DNA of 34,345 bases from Bdellovibrionales bacterium (GTDB lineage Bacteria; Bdellovibrionota; Bdellovibrionia; Bdellovibrionales; JAMPXM01). The DNA is taken from positions 1 through 34,345 of the forward strand of contig JAYUEN010000388.1 of the NCBI GenBank assembly GCA_043739185.1. Direction: 5' to 3'. Below are positions 25,833-34,345 of this stretch, one piece after another (the first letter of the stretch is position 1; the number at the start of each line of letters is the position of its first letter). The translations under genes were made by a program, and so were the position numbers. Below the pieces are notes generated by a model, which was not told the origin of the DNA, did no database searches, and saw only the letters and a list, made by a program, of their open reading frames with translations.

Positions 25833-27491
25833 ATGAGTTTCAATAAGTTAATTTTAGTTGCTGTACTTACAATTTTTTCGTTAACGACAAATGCGCAGGA
25901 TTTTGACTACGCTGCGATCACTCAAAGATCTGTTGAACTACTTGAAAAATTGGTGAATGCAAAATCAATTACGGGATGTGAAGAGGAGGTCAATGCTCTA
26001 ATAATAGAGCGCCTTAAGCAGCTAGGGCTCGAGTATAAAATTATTTTGTCAGGTGATGCGCCAGTAACACCTGCGGCTGCAGTCACCGACCCAGGTGGCT
26101 TATGTTTAGATGGAAGACAGCCCTCGACCGAAAAAAGACCCAATATTATTGTAAAACTAAAAAGTTCTGCCGATGGAGAAAAACAATTGAAATCCTTTAT
26201 GGTGGTCGCACATATGGATGTGGTGCCGGCAATCAAGCAGGTTTGGAGCCCAGGAATTCTTCCACACAAATTGACTTTGAAAGATGATTACTACTATGGC
26301 CGTGGCACTCTAGATATGTTAAGTTATTTGGTTTTTTCAGTAGAATTGTTTGGAGAAATTAAAAGACAAAATATAAAACTCGATCGTGATATGATTCTAA
26401 TGTTGAACTCCGATGAAGAAAAAGGTGGTATGAATGGCATGGGTTGGCTGGTTAACAATCAACCTGAATTATTTACGGGCGTTGAATTGGCCATCTCCGA
26501 AGGTGGAGCTACCGTCGCCGATGATAGCAATCAGCCTTTATTTATTGGGTACGAGGCCGCCCAAAAACGTTATCAGGATTTTAAGATAGTCGCACAGGGC
26601 GACACAGGTCATTCCTCTACTCCAGCAAAAATTCAAGCGGTCAATTTGCTCAATGAAGCTCTGGCAAAAATTCAACGAAACCAAGCGCAACCGCGATTGA
26701 TTCCGATTATTAAAAGTTATTTTAAAGAGCGTGCAAAGGTTGAAACCGATCCCGTCTTAAAATCTACTTTGGCTGTGCTCGGAAGTGCCAGCGATGCGGA
26801 CTCTGCCAGGCTTTCTGTAAAATATAAAAATGAAGTTAAGCTTCTTGAGAGCAAATACCCTGTGGTTCATGCCCTACTAAGACGAACTTGTACAACTACG
26901 GTGGTCGAAGCGGGAAGTGCGTCTGCTAAAAATGCGCAACCACAAACAGCTACTGCATTTGTAAACTGTCGCCTTATGCCAGACGAAACGGTTGATCAAT
27001 TATTGCCAGTATTTAAAAAGGCCATTGATCAAAGTTTTGGAGACAAAGCCACCGATCCCAAAATCACGATTGATCTAGATATTGACTACAGAAAAAGCCA
27101 CGGGGGGGCCTCCGACATCAATGGCATCATTCCGAAAGCTTTGAAAAAGTATGCTGACAATTACTTCAAGGGAATTCCTGTAATTCCGAGCATGTTAACG
27201 GGCGCAACTGATTTGCGGTATTTACGAAAAATGGGAATTCAAGCTTATGGTTTTGGTCCGGTTATTATTAGTGACAACGACAGAAAGCGAGCCCATGGTA
27301 TCGATGAAAGAATCTTCGCCGGAAAATTGCAAAGCGGGATTGAAGTTTTCAGTGGTCTTGTTTTGGACATTGCTTCACCCAGTTCGCGGAAACCAGCCTC
27401 TGAAAAAGCAGTTTATCCTGGTGAAGTTTCAAAATCATTTAAGCATGCGTTCGGCGACGAGCTTCCGCATAACTCAAATTTCCAGCATTAA
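25833..27491 (+). CDS. Secreted M20/M25/M40 family metallo-hydrolase
   Basis: Signal peptide; AHMDVVP, GRGTLDM, SDEEKGG, SEGG, GHSS, NCRLMP, GATD, AHGIDE; AAGGAG RBS. Confidence 0.92.
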   Translation: MSFNKLILVAVLTIFSLTTNAQDFDYAAITQRSVELLEKLVNAKSITGCEEEVNALIIERLKQLGLEYKIILSGDAPVTPAAAVTDPGGLCLDGRQPSTEKRPNIIVKLKSSADGEKQLKSFMVVAHMDVVPAIKQVWSPGILPHKLTLKDDYYYGRGTLDMLSYLVFSVELFGEIKRQNIKLDRDMILMLNSDEEKGGMNGMGWLVNNQPELFTGVELAISEGGATVADDSNQPLFIGYEAAQKRYQDFKIVAQGDTGHSSTPAKIQAVNLLNEALAKIQRNQAQPRLIPIIKSYFKERAKVETDPVLKSTLAVLGSASDADSARLSVKYKNEVKLLESKYPVVHALLRRTCTTTVVEAGSASAKNAQPQTATAFVNCRLMPDETVDQLLPVFKKAIDQSFGDKATDPKITIDLDIDYRKSHGGASDINGIIPKALKKYADNYFKGIPVIPSMLTGATDLRYLRKMGIQAYGFGPVIISDNDRKRAHGIDERIFAGKLQSGIEVFSGLVLDIASPSSRKPASEKAVYPGEVSKSFKHAFGDELPHNSNFQH

Positions 27492-28318
27492 TATGAAACT
27501 TGTGAATGCTTAACTTCAAGCTGAGCCTCTTCAATCTGTGGCTCGGTAGCGAGCACGTCGGGTACTGATTCTTTTAGCTTCGCATCTTGTGGTCTTATAA
27601 GTTTGAAGCAGGTCGTATAACCTAAATTCGCATCTACTTTAAAAAAACCGGTTTCGTTTTTTAGCTTACACAAACTGCGGCCTACATTTTCTAAGTGTTC
27701 ATTGTTTGAAACGTGAATTGTCTTACTGCCATCAGGGTAAATATGGGGTGAGGCTTTTACCATATTCATTCCATCCGTGTGCTGATGCGCATTGATTTTA
27801 GTTGCGTATTCATGGATGGGGGCTTTGCTCCCGCCAACTAATATGCCATTTAAATATCGATGACCCTGGCCATCAACAGCTATTTTGCTGCCTGCTGAAT
27901 GCTCAATCTTTTCAGCCTGTTTGACTGTCACTGAAACAACTTTGCCCGTAGAATCATATTTGTAGGTACCGTCAGGGCGTGCAAGCGTATGTTCACTATG
28001 TGATAGCGGAGCTTCGCTAACTTTATGATTCTCTAGAGATTCAGTCTTTGCTCCATTATATTTACTTACTGCTTTGTGGTCCATTGTTACTTCGATACCG
28101 ACAGAGAAACTATGGGCGTGTCCTTCGGATTTAGCGTTTTTAATTTGAGTGAAATGTCCTGGTTTGATGACCATTCCGTTTGAATCATAGGTTGTATAAA
28201 TATATTTATTTTCTCCAACCTGAAAATAATGTTCAACTTCATTTGCGTTTAGGTGGATCGTATATAAGAGCATAAGTGATGTAGCTAAAGATATGCTTAG
28301 ATAGTTACCGGATTTCAT
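27488..28318 (-). CDS. Secreted His-rich hypothetical protein
   Basis: Signal peptide ending LNA; 18 His in 276 aa. Confidence 0.7.
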   Translation of the reverse strand: MKSGNYLSISLATSLMLLYTIHLNANEVEHYFQVGENKYIYTTYDSNGMVIKPGHFTQIKNAKSEGHAHSFSVGIEVTMDHKAVSKYNGAKTESLENHKVSEAPLSHSEHTLARPDGTYKYDSTGKVVSVTVKQAEKIEHSAGSKIAVDGQGHRYLNGILVGGSKAPIHEYATKINAHQHTDGMNMVKASPHIYPDGSKTIHVSNNEHLENVGRSLCKLKNETGFFKVDANLGYTTCFKLIRPQDAKLKESVPDVLATEPQIEEAQLEVKHSQVSY

Positions 28319-28673
28319 AAAAGCTCTCTTTCAGAATTTTAATTCAATCTCAATTACCTATATTGAATTGCAACAATGCCATGGTGCCAAATGAACCAAG
28401 CGCAAGGTGAAATCAAATTCAGTGCGGTAGGCCACTATCAGATTTACAGTATATCAAAGCCTGTACCGGTGTATAAAACTTTGACACTCGAATGGCCATG
28501 ATGGTTGCTTGTTTAGTTTTGGCTCTAGATTTCAAATCAGTTTTATCGGCAGCAGCGGCTGCTAACAGGCTAACTGTTTCGGTCTCGGGGGTCGGTGTGA
28601 CTTTACTCTCAAAGCATTGCAATTGAATGTTCGAGAGAGAAGTGGTACAAATAGTTCACAAAGGTAGGGTAAA

Positions 28674-29672
28674 ATGCGGATCGCCTTTTTCTCGAGTCAA
28701 ATTTACGATAAAGAGTTTTTCAATTCAGAGAATGAGAAGTATCACTTTGAAATTGAGTATTTTGAAACCAGCTTAGGTACTCACTCGCTGGGTCTTGTGC
28801 AAAATTTCGAAGCAGTCTGCGTTTTCGTAAATGACAAACTTGATCGCGAAGTGCTTGAAGGACTAAAAGCACGCGGGGTCAAATTTATTGCGCTTCGTTG
28901 CTCCGGATTTAACCAATTAGACCAAGGGGTCGCAAAAGGCCTAGGCATTCGAGTTTGCCGTGTTCCTCAATACTCACCTTATGCGGTCGCCGAACATGCA
29001 GTCGCGCTCATTCTGACTTTGAATCGAAAAATCCATAAATCCTATAACCGAGTTCGAGAACAAAATTTTTCTTTGACGGGACTGCTTGGCTTTGATCTGC
29101 ATGGTAAAAGCGTTGGCGTAGTCGGCACCGGAAATATTGGAAGTGTCTTTGCACGTATTATGAAAGGCTTTGGCTGCAGGGTCTTGGCTTCTGATCCGGT
29201 TGCCAATGATGAGCTTCGCAAACTCGGGGTTGAAAGCGTGAGCCTCGACACTCTCTTTAGAGAAGCCGATATTATTTCTTTGCATTGCCCTTTGATTCCA
29301 AAACAAACTCAGCATTTAATCGACGCCAAAGCGATTCAAAAGATGAAAAAGGGAGTTATGCTGATCAATACCAGTCGTGGCGGGCTTATCGACACTGCCG
29401 CAGTTATTGAAGATCTGAAAGAAAAGCACATCGGCAGTTTGGGAATTGATGTTTATGAACAAGAGGAGCATTTGTTCTTCAAAGATCTCTCTTTAGAAAT
29501 TATAGACGACGATCAAATCCAGCGACTGGTTTCATTTCCTAACGTCGTCATTACGGCCCACCAAGCCTTCTTTACCCACGAAGCCTTGACCGAAATTTCC
29601 CGCATTACCTTAGAGAGCTTGAGCCTATTCAGCCAAGGGCGATCGCCTTCAGCAAAGGTAAGTCTCATCTAA
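28674..29672 (+). CDS. ldhA: D-lactate dehydrogenase (D-2-hydroxyacid dehydrogenase)
   Basis: VCVFVND, ALRCSGFN, RVPQYSPYAVAEHA, GFDLHGKSVGVVGTGNIG, LINTSRG, DVYEQE, TAHQAFFT. Confidence 0.92.
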   Translation: MRIAFFSSQIYDKEFFNSENEKYHFEIEYFETSLGTHSLGLVQNFEAVCVFVNDKLDREVLEGLKARGVKFIALRCSGFNQLDQGVAKGLGIRVCRVPQYSPYAVAEHAVALILTLNRKIHKSYNRVREQNFSLTGLLGFDLHGKSVGVVGTGNIGSVFARIMKGFGCRVLASDPVANDELRKLGVESVSLDTLFREADIISLHCPLIPKQTQHLIDAKAIQKMKKGVMLINTSRGGLIDTAAVIEDLKEKHIGSLGIDVYEQEEHLFFKDLSLEIIDDDQIQRLVSFPNVVITAHQAFFTHEALTEISRITLESLSLFSQGRSPSAKVSLI

Positions 29673-29982
29673 AAATAGATTCTCCTTTTTGTCGAATAAT
29701 TGAATTCTCGCTTTGAGCCACTTCGGTAACTTTGATTTGCGGGCAATTCCTCATTAAAAAACTCGAGAAAAACATCAAAGTTTTCAGCAAAAAATGTAGA
29801 TCAAACTTTTAATTGGTGGCCCGAAATATCCGTTTATTTGTAAAGTTTGTGTAGATATGTGCAATGAATTTTTAAGGACAGGATATTGCTAGGCGGACGA
29901 AAGTTTTGAAATCAAATTGCTGCCCGACCAAAGGCCGGATCCTCATTTTGCTTTTTTTTGAAAATGAGGGGATCGAATCTAT

Positions 29983-30009
29983 TGAAAACTGTGCGGATTG
30001 CGCCGATAG
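29983..30009 (+). promoter_or_regulatory. Putative sigma28 (FliA) promoter
   Basis: TGAA-N15-GCCGATAG ending 6 nt before ATG 30016; no evident RBS. Confidence 0.45.
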
Positions 30010-30015
30010 ATTGAC

Positions 30016-32673
30016 ATGAAAAAACCACCGATTCCAATAGATGAAGAGAGGCGCCTTCAAACTCTCCACGAATATGAAATTCTCGATACCGAGGCGACTC
30101 AAACCTTCGACGAATTGACGGCGCTTGCAGCGAAAATTTGCCGTGTTCCGATCGCGCTCATATCGCTCGTCGATGACTCAAGACAATGGTTCAAATCAAA
30201 AATCGGACTCAATGCGAACGAAACTCCTCGCGAACTCGCCTTCTGCGCGCACGCCATAATGGACGACGCGACCTTCATGGTCGCCGACGCGAGTAAAGAC
30301 GGACGTTTTTCTGACAACCCACTTGTCATTGGCGACCCAAATATTCGCTTTTATGCAGGAGTACCCCTGATTGCGCCGAATGGCTCACGACTCGGAACAC
30401 TTTGTGTCATTGATCGAATGCCAAGAGAGCTAAACGCAGAGCAACTCGAAACACTTGCGTTTTTGTCTCGCCAGGCGGTCCACATGATGAATCTGCATAA
30501 GCTTATGCGCAAACAAAATAGAATCTCTTTCGAGACCGAGGAAAAAAACATCCGACTTAGTGCACTTGTTGAGTTCAATCCCTTGGGAATTATTGCGCTT
30601 GGCACAAACCACAAGATCACTGATTGGAATAAGTCTTGCGAACTAATTTTCGGCTGGAAACGAGAGGAAGTTCTTGGGTATGATCTTCCCTTCACGATAG
30701 CATCCGCGAAAGACGAATCAAAAAAGAATTTCGAACAAATCAAAGCATCGCAAACGCCTTTTCAGTACGTCGCTCAAATAGAAAAGAAATCTGGCGAGAT
30801 CATCTCAGTTAACATCTCGACAATCCCACTCCTCGATACCAATAAAAACAGACTGGGTGTTCTTGCGGTCATTCGCGATGTAACAGCTGAAGTTAAGCTC
30901 AATGAGGATTTGGCCGCGAGCGATCGGCAGATTAAAGAAAGTCATAGAATGCTAAAAATGATGAGCGATAATATCCCTGCCTTGATCGCTTATTGGGATA
31001 GTCATGAGCGATGTCAATTCGCAAACAGCAATTATGACCAATGGTTCGGGAAGAAGCCCGGAGCCCTTGTCGGGATAACCTTGAGTGCGCTCTTGGGAAA
31101 AGAACTTTATGAAAGCAATAGCGCATACATTAAGAACGCTCTCAAAGGAATTCCTCAATCCTTTGAACGGGACTTGAAGATGACCTCTACGGGCGCCGTT
31201 CGCCATACGCAGGCGCATTACATACCCGATATTTGTGACGGCGTCGTCAATGGATTTTATGTCATGGTTAATGACATAACTGAATTAAAAGCAGCAGAGC
31301 GCACGGCGCAGATTGAGAGAAAAAAGGCTTTGGTAGCAAGCGAAGCGAAATCCGAATTCCTGGCGAATATGAGTCACGAAATCCGGACTCCGATCAATGG
31401 GATCATGGGCATGACAGACATTTTGCTCGATACGCAACTCTCGCCAGAACAAAGGGGCTACGCTGAAACGGTTAAAGCCAGCTCCGACGCATTGCTGGCG
31501 ATTATTAATGACATTCTCGATTTCTCAAAAGTTGAGGCTGGCAAGATTGAGATTGAAACAATAGATTTTGTCCTCAATCAAATGATATCAGATATCGCCA
31601 AACTTTTTACCCCGATGGCAAATAAAAAGGGTCTTGAATTTCGCGCTCTGGCGAACCTAGATACCCACCAAGTACTCAAAGGTGACCCAGGAAGAATTCG
31701 CCAGATTCTTAACAATCTTATCGGCAACGCCCTTAAATTCACAACCAGTGGGTCAGTTGAGATTCGAGTATTTGACCTAGCTTCGGCGCAAGGCCGCGCA
31801 AAAATGCGATTCGAGATTGTCGATACAGGCACGGGTATCCCTGAAAATGCGCGCGCAAAAATGTTTCAAGCGTTCTCTCAGGCCGATTCAACGATATCGC
31901 GACGCTACGGTGGGACTGGTTTGGGCCTTTCAATTTGTAAGCGCCTCGTTGAGCTAATGAACGGCGAGCTAGGATTAGAAAGCAAGGAGGGCAAAGGGTC
32001 AACTTTCTGGTTTACTTTAGACTTAGAAATTTCGCAAAACCTTTTAGCTCTCGATCCAGAGATAAAACCTCCATCTGAAGTTTCAAAAAAGCAGTTTCGA
32101 ATACTCGTTGTAGATGACAATGCAGTAAATCAAAAGCTAGCCGTAATTCAGATAAAGTCTCTTGGATACGGCGTTGACTCGGTTGGTAGCGGCGGAGAAG
32201 CCATTGATTCATTAAGGTCCATTCCATACGACCTCGTTTTTATGGATTGCCAAATGCCGGAAATGGACGGCTATCAGACGACTCATCTCATCCGACAAAG
32301 CAAAACGATACAAATCAGGGCCATTCCAATTGTCGCGCTTACCGCCAACGCATTTAGCTCAGAGCGAAAAAAATGCGAAGAAGCGGGAATGAATGATTAT
32401 CTTTCAAAGCCTGTTACTAAAAAGGATCTCAGTGCAAAATTAGATAAATGGCTTCATTCAAAAGCAGGTGTTTCTGCTGAAACCGCAATTCCTCCCCTTG
32501 ATCACTCTGCGGCCGCACTTGGCGCGAAAGTCCTTTGCCGATTGCTTGAACAATTAGAACAAACTGCTAATGCCGCAACTCGCGGCGAATCTGTTAAACT
32601 AGTAGATCAAATCGAAGCTGAATGGGCGCGCGTAAAAGAAGAATTCAGTCGATTTTACAAAAAGCCAGCGTAA
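30016..32673 (+). CDS. Hybrid sensor histidine kinase GAF-PAS-PAS-HisKA-HATPase-REC with truncated HPt
   Basis: GAF ([16 protein letters not shown]), two PAS domains, [38 protein letters not shown] (VVDD, FMDCQMP, YLSKP); no TM segment. Confidence 0.93.
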   Translation: MKKPPIPIDEERRLQTLHEYEILDTEATQTFDELTALAAKICRVPIALISLVDDSRQWFKSKIGLNANETPRELAFCAHAIMDDATFMVADASKDGRFSDNPLVIGDPNIRFYAGVPLIAPNGSRLGTLCVIDRMPRELNAEQLETLAFLSRQAVHMMNLHKLMRKQNRISFETEEKNIRLSALVEFNPLGIIALGTNHKITDWNKSCELIFGWKREEVLGYDLPFTIASAKDESKKNFEQIKASQTPFQYVAQIEKKSGEIISVNISTIPLLDTNKNRLGVLAVIRDVTAEVKLNEDLAASDRQIKESHRMLKMMSDNIPALIAYWDSHERCQFANSNYDQWFGKKPGALVGITLSALLGKELYESNSAYIKNALKGIPQSFERDLKMTSTGAVRHTQAHYIPDICDGVVNGFYVMVNDITELKAAERTAQIERKKALVASEAKSEFLANMSHEIRTPINGIMGMTDILLDTQLSPEQRGYAETVKASSDALLAIINDILDFSKVEAGKIEIETIDFVLNQMISDIAKLFTPMANKKGLEFRALANLDTHQVLKGDPGRIRQILNNLIGNALKFTTSGSVEIRVFDLASAQGRAKMRFEIVDTGTGIPENARAKMFQAFSQADSTISRRYGGTGLGLSICKRLVELMNGELGLESKEGKGSTFWFTLDLEISQNLLALDPEIKPPSEVSKKQFRILVVDDNAVNQKLAVIQIKSLGYGVDSVGSGGEAIDSLRSIPYDLVFMDCQMPEMDGYQTTHLIRQSKTIQIRAIPIVALTANAFSSERKKCEEAGMNDYLSKPVTKKDLSAKLDKWLHSKAGVSAETAIPPLDHSAAALGAKVLCRLLEQLEQTANAATRGESVKLVDQIEAEWARVKEEFSRFYKKPA

Positions 32674-32810
32674 TCACTCTCCGACTTCACGAGCATTATG
32701 CCGGTCGAGTTCTCAGAGGTTCAGATTTCGAGATGAAAATTTAGAAGCAATCCTGAGACAGAGATTGCTCCTTAAATTCCTAGGTCTTCTTTAGAAAAAT
32801 ATTGAAAGAA

Positions 32811-33725
32811 TCAGATTCTCGCGAATTTTTGCAGCTGATCTAATAAAAATTTTGCTGCAGGAGACGCATTCAAAAAGTCTCTACGCGTGGCCACTTCCTG
32901 CTTTACGGAATAGGGAGGAAAGGCAGAGTTAAGTGGCCTGTATTTAAAGTCTAAGACTCTTGACTCCAAGTATTCAGAGGGAATTGGCACAATACTCGTT
33001 CCTGAACGTAGAACAAGTAAGGCAGCATTTAAATTATTTACATAGGATCTGTATTTTGCGGTTTGCTTTTTTCCTTCTGAAAAGATCTCGGAATCAAGTG
33101 CTAACCGGTCACGATTAATAATATCAACCCATGTCTTTCTATATTCGTTTATATCATCCGTCCGAATATCTCGCTTAGACCAAAGCGGGTGTTTTTCAGA
33201 TATGTAGTGTGCGATGGTCTCTTCTCCAATAAGGCGATAAGTTAGCTGTTGTAATTTACGATTGAAGATTCCTAGGCCGATTTCAATTTCACCATCTGAA
33301 ACAAGATTTTGGATTTCCTTAGCGGCATGAACTTGAATGCTTATTTTCATTTTTGGAAAAAAATGAATTGTTTTTTTGATCGCAAGTTCTAAAACTTTAT
33401 TTTGGAAATTATCAATTATGCCTATACACAATAGGCCGTCAAACTCCTGATCTTTGGTTAAGAAGGTTTCAAATCCTCTTAAGTTATCCTTTAGATCTTT
33501 ACAAAGCTTGAATAATCGCTGACCAGCTTCCGTAAGAGCGAAGCCTGCGCGTGATCTTACGCAAAGTCTTACTTCGAGGTTAGTCTCAAGCTTTCTTAAA
33601 GATTGAGTTATCGCGGGTTGTGAAAGATTGAGTTCATCTGCAGCTTTTTTAAGACTCTTAAATCGAGCAATGGATTCGAAATGAATTAACGGGTCAAGTC
33701 CGACACGAAGAATGTCTTTTTTCAT
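32811..33725 (-). CDS. LysR family transcriptional regulator
   Basis: SLKKAADELNLSQPAITQSLRKLE..LTEAG N-terminal HTH; 304 aa; divergent from the GFA gene. Confidence 0.92.
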   Translation of the reverse strand: MKKDILRVGLDPLIHFESIARFKSLKKAADELNLSQPAITQSLRKLETNLEVRLCVRSRAGFALTEAGQRLFKLCKDLKDNLRGFETFLTKDQEFDGLLCIGIIDNFQNKVLELAIKKTIHFFPKMKISIQVHAAKEIQNLVSDGEIEIGLGIFNRKLQQLTYRLIGEETIAHYISEKHPLWSKRDIRTDDINEYRKTWVDIINRDRLALDSEIFSEGKKQTAKYRSYVNNLNAALLVLRSGTSIVPIPSEYLESRVLDFKYRPLNSAFPPYSVKQEVATRRDFLNASPAAKFLLDQLQKFARI

Positions 33726-33817
33726 AATTTCAATTTAATTAAGTTAAAAGTAATTTAATTTCAATTAAATAAATCAAAAAATTCGGTTAACTTGAGCCGA
33801 CAGAAAAATTTATAACA

Positions 33818-34222
33818 ATGGAGAATAAAATGAAGCATCACGCTTCTTGCAGTTGTGGGCAGCTCACTCTTTATTACAATGGTGAAATTACGAAGACTTC
33901 AATATGTCATTGCTTCGAATGTCAGAAGCGTACGGGGAGCGCATTTGGAGTTCAGGTCAGATTAGAAAGTTCAAAAGTTAGCATTAGGGGTGGCGCAACG
34001 GTCTTTCAAAGGAAAGGCGATGAAGGATTGGTTACATTTCACTTCTGTCCCAAATGTGGTTCGACGGTATATTGGGAATTAGATGGGTTGCCAGGCTCAA
34101 CTATTGCTGCTGTCGGGTCGTTCACGAATCCCGCATTGCCCAGTCCGACATTCATGGTTTTTGGTAATCGAAAACACCATTGGATCAAGATGCCAGATAC
34201 AGCGATCGAATACTTTGAGTAA
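33818..34222 (+). CDS. GFA/CENP-V family protein (start possibly ATG 33830)
   Basis: SCSCG, CHCFECQKRTGS and FCPKCGS zinc motifs. Confidence 0.92.
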   Translation: MENKMKHHASCSCGQLTLYYNGEITKTSICHCFECQKRTGSAFGVQVRLESSKVSIRGGATVFQRKGDEGLVTFHFCPKCGSTVYWELDGLPGSTIAAVGSFTNPALPSPTFMVFGNRKHHWIKMPDTAIEYFE

Positions 34223-34311
34223 CCAGAATTATAATTATTTAGCGCGCATTCAGGGGTAACTAACGAGATCCAAAATGTTTTTTGACTGTCTGTTTTTATG
34301 TCACCGTAAAA

Positions 34312-34345
34312 TGGCGGGGTGGACGGGAATCTTACCTGCGTCTTT
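34312..34345 (-). other. tRNA 3'-end fragment (Asp-like) with degenerate T-arm; possible att site or pseudo-tRNA
   Basis: Minus strand ...GACGCAGGTAAGATTCCCGTCCACCCCGCCA: CCA end intact, but the T-loop reads GGTAAGA instead of GGTTCGA and the T-stem has a mismatch. Confidence 0.55.

Noticed and set aside
28419..28622. 67-aa minus ORF and isolated GCCGATAA box
   Set aside because: No RBS, no recognisable domain, and no -35 at sigma28 spacing.
29857..30019. MCNEFLRTGYC* mini-ORF with an open frame after the TAG
   Set aside because: Superficial zinc-finger resemblance only; no support for readthrough or a pseudogene.
1..34345. Transposase, integrase, prophage, CRISPR-Cas, retron or other defence genes; rRNA
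   Set aside because: No such motifs in any ORF. The cyclase has a sensor/PilZ architecture and no Pycsar-type effector neighbour.

Overview
Accessory-type bacterial chromosomal region, moderately AT-rich. It most likely comes from a Bdellovibrionota/Oligoflexia-like predator; this is inferred from two TIGR02147/DUF4423 paralogs, an 'FQNC' lipoprotein signal, a 'GNGG' N-terminal motif, an 'RKPAS' tail and the many exported orphan proteins. About 30 CDS are present: an acyltransferase, a secreted HExxH protease, a PhnD-like protein, several orphan lipoproteins, two TIGR02147 regulator + secreted partner pairs, a membrane cyclase with C-terminal PilZ, ggt, a circularly permuted ATP-grasp-like ligase, a methyltransferase, a 7x PKD-like protein, an M23/HExxH/DUF6624-like fusion, an M20 peptidase, ldhA, a hybrid histidine kinase with a broken HPt, and a LysR + GFA pair. 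A degenerate tRNA 3' end lies at the right edge. Highlights: (1) a ~165-nt multi-stem RNA candidate with a loop-loop pairing at 3386-3550, flanked by 13-bp direct repeats; (2) two independent modules of [operator array]-[TIGR02147 HTH]-[exported protein carrying GxxxGNxG next to its signal peptide], suggesting an uncharacterised regulatory system; (3) a cyclase-PilZ fusion with an atypical substrate-specifying residue. All calls are by eye, with no database search.
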